Source: an uncultured Gemmatimonadales bacterium (GTDB lineage Bacteria; Gemmatimonadota; Gemmatimonadetes; Longimicrobiales; RSA9). From it: a DNA stretch of 64,000 bases. The notes beneath the pieces were generated by a model. It was not told the DNA's origin. It ran no database searches and saw nothing but the letters and a program-made list of their open reading frames with translations. Numbering within the stretch: the first letter of the stretch is position 1; every line of letters starts with the position of its first letter. Position numbers and translations under genes: made by a program. The stretch covers positions 352,001-416,000 of the forward strand of contig CAWCUS010000004.1 of the NCBI GenBank assembly GCA_963798845.1, in the 5' to 3' direction. Positions 60,314-64,000 of the stretch are shown one piece after another.

Positions 60314-60775
60314 TCAGGGCGAGCTTGCCGCGCTGGCCGCCTCGCCCGCCGCGGCCGCCGGGCCCGTCCCTTTCGCGCGCACGGTGACGCGGCCGTGAAG
60401 GACGGCGCCTTCCGAAACCGCTATGCGGGGCGCGGTGATGTCGCCTTCGATCGCGGCGGTCTCGCCGATCTCGATTCTCTGGTCGGCGGTGATGGTGCCG
60501 ACGACGCGGCCGTGAACCGCCACGGCGCGGGCCGCGATGTCGCCCCCGATGGTCGCCTCGGACGCGATCACGACGCCGTGCTCGGGGACGGAGACGTCGC
60601 CCTCCACCCGACCCGCGATGGTCAGGTCCTCGGAGCTGGTCACGTTGCCCTGGATCACGACCAATGCGCCGATCCACGCAGCCACCCGCCGCTCATCACG
60701 CAGTCGGCCCCTGACGGTCTGGTCGGAGCGCGCCGGATCCTGCCCCGGCGCGTTCTCTGGGTCTCTTCCGAACAT
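60314..60775 (-). CDS. bactofilin (polymer-forming cytoskeletal protein)
   Basis: IG..VVIQGNV..EDLTIAGRVEGDV..IGGDI..V.V.G.V.G.I beta-helix repeats. Confidence 0.9.
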   Translation of the reverse strand: MFGRDPENAPGQDPARSDQTVRGRLRDERRVAAWIGALVVIQGNVTSSEDLTIAGRVEGDVSVPEHGVVIASEATIGGDIAARAVAVHGRVVGTITADQRIEIGETAAIEGDITAPRIAVSEGAVLHGRVTVRAKGTGPAAAAGEAASAASSP

Positions 60776-60950
60776 GTCCGACTCCGGGCTGTTTCGGGCG
60801 AAGGTCCGGGCGCGCGGCGGGCGCGTCCGAGGGATGGGACAACATGCGGAACGCCACCGTGGAAGTCGAGGAGATTCAATGGCGGGCGCGGTAGTACGCG
60901 TTTTGCCGCGAGCGGGAGGATCGAAGCGCTGACCCTCGCCGGAGGTGCCG

Positions 60951-61859
60951 ATGCGTCGCAGTGCCGGTCTCGTACTCGCCCTCGTCCTGCACGTCGCCCC
61001 CGGCAGGGCGGCACCGGCCGCCGCGCAGGCCTCCTGGTGCTTCACCGGGTTCCACCCGGGGGAATCGGGGCGGACCGTGTTCCTGCCGCAGGGCGACCTG
61101 TTCTGTCCTCTGGCGGCCGATCCGAAGCAGCCCCATGCGTTCGTCAGCTTCCTGAGCGGGGACATCCCGGCGCTCCGTGACGGAGCCGGGCCGAAGAACG
61201 ACATCCCGATCGGATCGGTGGGGCTCGCGGACGGACTGCCCATCGTCCGCTTCGGCGCCGGAGGGCCGGGGAACGGGATCCAGCTGGGCCTGAGCGGGGG
61301 CATCTTCGCGCAGTTCGAGCTGAACACGCCGTCGTTCGACCTGATCAACGCAGACTACCTGGTGGGGCTGCCGTTGACGGTGCGGGTGGGCGGGTTCTCC
61401 TCCCGGCTGCGTCTCTACCATCAGAGCTCGCACCTGGGCGACGAATTCCTGCTGCGGGACAGCGTCCAGCGGGAGAACCTGTCGTTCGAGGCGCTCGAGC
61501 TCCTGCTGTCACAGGAGGTCGGCCCGATCCGAGCGTATGGAGGGGGGGAGTATCTCCTGCGCCGTGAGCCCGCGGCGCTGGAGCGCAGGGTGGCGCACGG
61601 CGGGCTGGAGGTCCGGGCCGGCCGCCTGCGCGGCGTCCGGTTCGTCGGCGCCGTGGATGTGAAGGCTACCGGGCAGCACGACTGGGAACCCGGCTGGAAC
61701 GTCCGGGCCGGGATCGAGGTGGCCCACTGGCCGGACCCTGCCCATCCACCTCGCCTCCTGAGCCTGCTCGGTGAGTACTACGACGGCCCGTCGCCGTATG
61801 GGCAGTTCTACCAGGAACAGGTGCACTGGGTCGGGGTCGGGCTCCACGTCGGCATCTGA
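60951..61859 (+). CDS. DUF1207-like exported (probable outer-membrane) protein
   Basis: Signal peptide; LF.PL.ADPKQP, DLINADY..G, R.YHQSSHLGDEF, YY.G.SPYGQF. Confidence 0.8.
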   Translation: MRRSAGLVLALVLHVAPGRAAPAAAQASWCFTGFHPGESGRTVFLPQGDLFCPLAADPKQPHAFVSFLSGDIPALRDGAGPKNDIPIGSVGLADGLPIVRFGAGGPGNGIQLGLSGGIFAQFELNTPSFDLINADYLVGLPLTVRVGGFSSRLRLYHQSSHLGDEFLLRDSVQRENLSFEALELLLSQEVGPIRAYGGGEYLLRREPAALERRVAHGGLEVRAGRLRGVRFVGAVDVKATGQHDWEPGWNVRAGIEVAHWPDPAHPPRLLSLLGEYYDGPSPYGQFYQEQVHWVGVGLHVGI

Positions 61860-61931
61860 GCGCCGGGTGGCGATTCACGAAATTCGCACACTTTCTCCCT
61901 TCACTGCCGACGCTCCGCTCTGCATCATGAG

Positions 61932-63710
61932 GTGATGCGGATTCACCAGACGCTCGCCCTGATGACGCGCTCGCTCTCGCGCAGAGGCGTCCTCGCCGCG
62001 CGGCTCCCGGCGCTCCTGGTACTGGCGGTCCTGGCCGTCACCGGCACCACCGTGTGGGAGGCAGCGCGGGCGGCGCACGCGGAGCGGACCACGGCGGACG
62101 AGACGCTGCGCGACTATGCTTCCTTCGCGGTCTGGGCGCTCCGGCGGGGGGCGCAGCAGGAAGTGGAGCAGGCGTTCTGGGCGGTCCTGGCCCCGGAGCA
62201 CATGGGCGGAGGAATCCATCAGCGTCCGCCAGTGCCGCGGGCCGTGGACGTGGCCCACGAGCTCCACTGGGACACCGAGTGCCTGTGTCACCCCGTGGAA
62301 TGGGCGCCCAGCGCACTGCTGGCGTTCACGCTCGGCCGTGACTCGTTGCAGGTTGCGCCGAACCTGTACACGGGGCCGCGCCCCGGGATCGTGGTGGACG
62401 AGGTCGTGCCCGGGCAGACCCGCCTCCTGGCCCGCGCGGAAGCGCTCGCGCGGGCGCTGCCGCCGGGGGAGGGCCCGGCACTGATGGCGGCGCTGGCGCG
62501 GGATGCGCGGAGCACGTACCGGGAGGGGTGGGGTCTGGGCGTCCTGGTGCGTGACACGCGCGAGGGACCGGCGCTGGTGGGGTACACCCTGATGCCCACG
62601 GCGTGGGGTGACACCCTGCTGTACGCGGCCACTCTCGATGCCGGCACGACCCGGGCGCTGCTCGCCGACGTCGCCCGGTCCGAGGACCTCCTGCCGGGGG
62701 CGTTGGTCTCGCGGTCGCCGGAAAGGGTGGTGGTGGCGGCCTCGGTCACGGGTCCGCGCGGCGAGCCGCTGTTCTCCACCGATCCCGCGCCCTCCGGGCG
62801 GTGGCTGGGCGAGAGCCGGCTGCCAGCGTTCGCCGGCGGGCTGGTCGTGCGAGCGGGCATCCCCGCGGCGGCGGCCGGCGACCTCCTCATCGGCGGCCTC
62901 CCCTCATCGCGGCTGCCGCTCCTCGTGGCGCTGCTCCTCCTGACCGTGATCCTGACGACCACGGCCGCCGCGCAGATGCGCCGCTCCGCACAGCTGGCGC
63001 GGGCACGCTCGGACTTCGTCGCGAGCGTCTCGCACGAGCTACGCACGCCGCTGGCGCAGGTGCGGCTGTATCTGGAGACGCTGCGGCTCGGCCGGTTCCG
63101 CACCGAGGAGCAGCGCGAGCGGGCGCTTGAAACCGTGGACCGGGAAACCGCGCGGCTCGGGGCACTGGTTGAGAACGTACTCTACTTCGACCGCGCGACC
63201 CGGAACGCCCGGCGGCCGGAGCCCGTGGCCACGGACATCGGCGAGGAGGCGCGCGCGGCAGCGGCGGCGTTCGAGCCGCTCGCCCGTGCCCGCTCGATGG
63301 GCGTGACGGTCGAGGCGGAGCCCGGCGCGACAGCCCGGGTGGCCCGGGCGGAGCTCCGCCAGGTGCTGGGAAACCTCCTGGACAACGCCGCGAAGTACGG
63401 CCCGGAGGGCCAGACCATCCGGGTGGCCGTGCGCCGGCGGGACGGCGTCGTGGAAGTGACGGTGAGCGATCGTGGGCCGGGAGTTCCCCCGTCCGAGCGC
63501 AGGACGATCTGGCAGCCATTCCGCCGGGGCGCCGCCGGGGCGGACAGGGTGCCGGGAAGCGGAATCGGCCTGGCCGTGGCGAAAGACCTCGTGGAGCGGC
63601 ACGGCGGTGCTGTCGCGGTGGCCGACGCGCCCGGAGGCGGTGCGCGCTTCGTCGTCACCCTGCCGGCGCTGTCGGCTCCCGTTGCCGAGCCGGGGGAGTC
63701 GGGTCCGTGA
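61932..63710 (+). CDS. sensor histidine kinase
   Basis: Two TMs, FVASVSHELRTPL, NLLDNAAKY, DRGPG, GSGIGL; exact start uncertain. Confidence 0.92.
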   Translation: MMRIHQTLALMTRSLSRRGVLAARLPALLVLAVLAVTGTTVWEAARAAHAERTTADETLRDYASFAVWALRRGAQQEVEQAFWAVLAPEHMGGGIHQRPPVPRAVDVAHELHWDTECLCHPVEWAPSALLAFTLGRDSLQVAPNLYTGPRPGIVVDEVVPGQTRLLARAEALARALPPGEGPALMAALARDARSTYREGWGLGVLVRDTREGPALVGYTLMPTAWGDTLLYAATLDAGTTRALLADVARSEDLLPGALVSRSPERVVVAASVTGPRGEPLFSTDPAPSGRWLGESRLPAFAGGLVVRAGIPAAAAGDLLIGGLPSSRLPLLVALLLLTVILTTTAAAQMRRSAQLARARSDFVASVSHELRTPLAQVRLYLETLRLGRFRTEEQRERALETVDRETARLGALVENVLYFDRATRNARRPEPVATDIGEEARAAAAAFEPLARARSMGVTVEAEPGATARVARAELRQVLGNLLDNAAKYGPEGQTIRVAVRRRDGVVEVTVSDRGPGVPPSERRTIWQPFRRGAAGADRVPGSGIGLAVAKDLVERHGGAVAVADAPGGGARFVVTLPALSAPVAEPGESGP

Positions 63711-64000
63711 GCGCGCGCATCCTGGTGGTCGAGGACAACGACGACCTCGCCGACGGGCTGGTCTACAACCTGGAGCTGGAGGGGTACGAGGTGGCCCGCG
63801 CCGCGGACGGGGAAGCCGCGCTGGAATCGGCCAGGCGGGCGTCGCCGGACCTGGTGATCCTGGATCTGATGCTCCCGGGCATGGACGGCTTCCAGGTCCT
63901 GCGAACGCTTCGCGCGGAAGGGCTGGATGCGCCCGTGCTCATCCTGTCGGCGAGGGGGGAGGAGTCGGACAAGGTGCAGGGCTTCCGGCTGCGCGCCGAC
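63707..64000 (+). CDS. OmpR-type response regulator (3'-partial)
   Basis: GTGA overlap; RILVVEDNDDL..DLVILDLMLPGMDGF..PVLILSAR. Confidence 0.9.
   Translation, partial: MSARILVVEDNDDLADGLVYNLELEGYEVARAADGEAALESARRASPDLVILDLMLPGMDGFQVLRTLRAEGLDAPVLILSARGEESDKVQGFRLRAD

Noticed and set aside
62270..62295. CLCH in the kinase sensor domain as a heme c site
   Set aside because: Spacing is CxCH, not CxxCH.

Overview
Very GC-rich bacterial DNA. The gene repertoire (TPR Ser/Thr kinase, ADOP-type duplicated permease, M14 peptidase, TonB receptors) suggests Gemmatimonadota or a similar lineage, which is an inference. Housekeeping blocks are a GltD-like flavoprotein with 2-oxoacid:ferredoxin oxidoreductase alpha/beta, an amidohydrolase-DUF3311-SSS transporter operon, a POT transporter, an Ada-AlkA/Ogt/AlkZ alkylation-repair operon and two two-component systems. 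The most notable region is 13192-16487, a lasso-peptide-like RiPP operon: PqqD/RRE, B2 leader peptidase, HPr-kinase-like kinase and nucleotidyltransferase. It has no lasso cyclase in the window. It is followed by a 26-aa precursor absent from the ORF track (MRTRKRYVKPQLRRLGLLRRLTQFTF), with a textbook lasso leader but a predicted core of only three residues (FTF). The second most notable gene is 35372-36982, a membrane-anchored protein whose N-terminal domain follows the motif order of bacterial gasdermins and is fused to HEAT repeats. Two genes are frameshifted: a TonB receptor, and an M14 peptidase broken at a 21-bp tandem repeat. No rRNA, tRNA, CRISPR array or transposase was recognised. 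All family calls come from motif recognition by eye, not from database searches.
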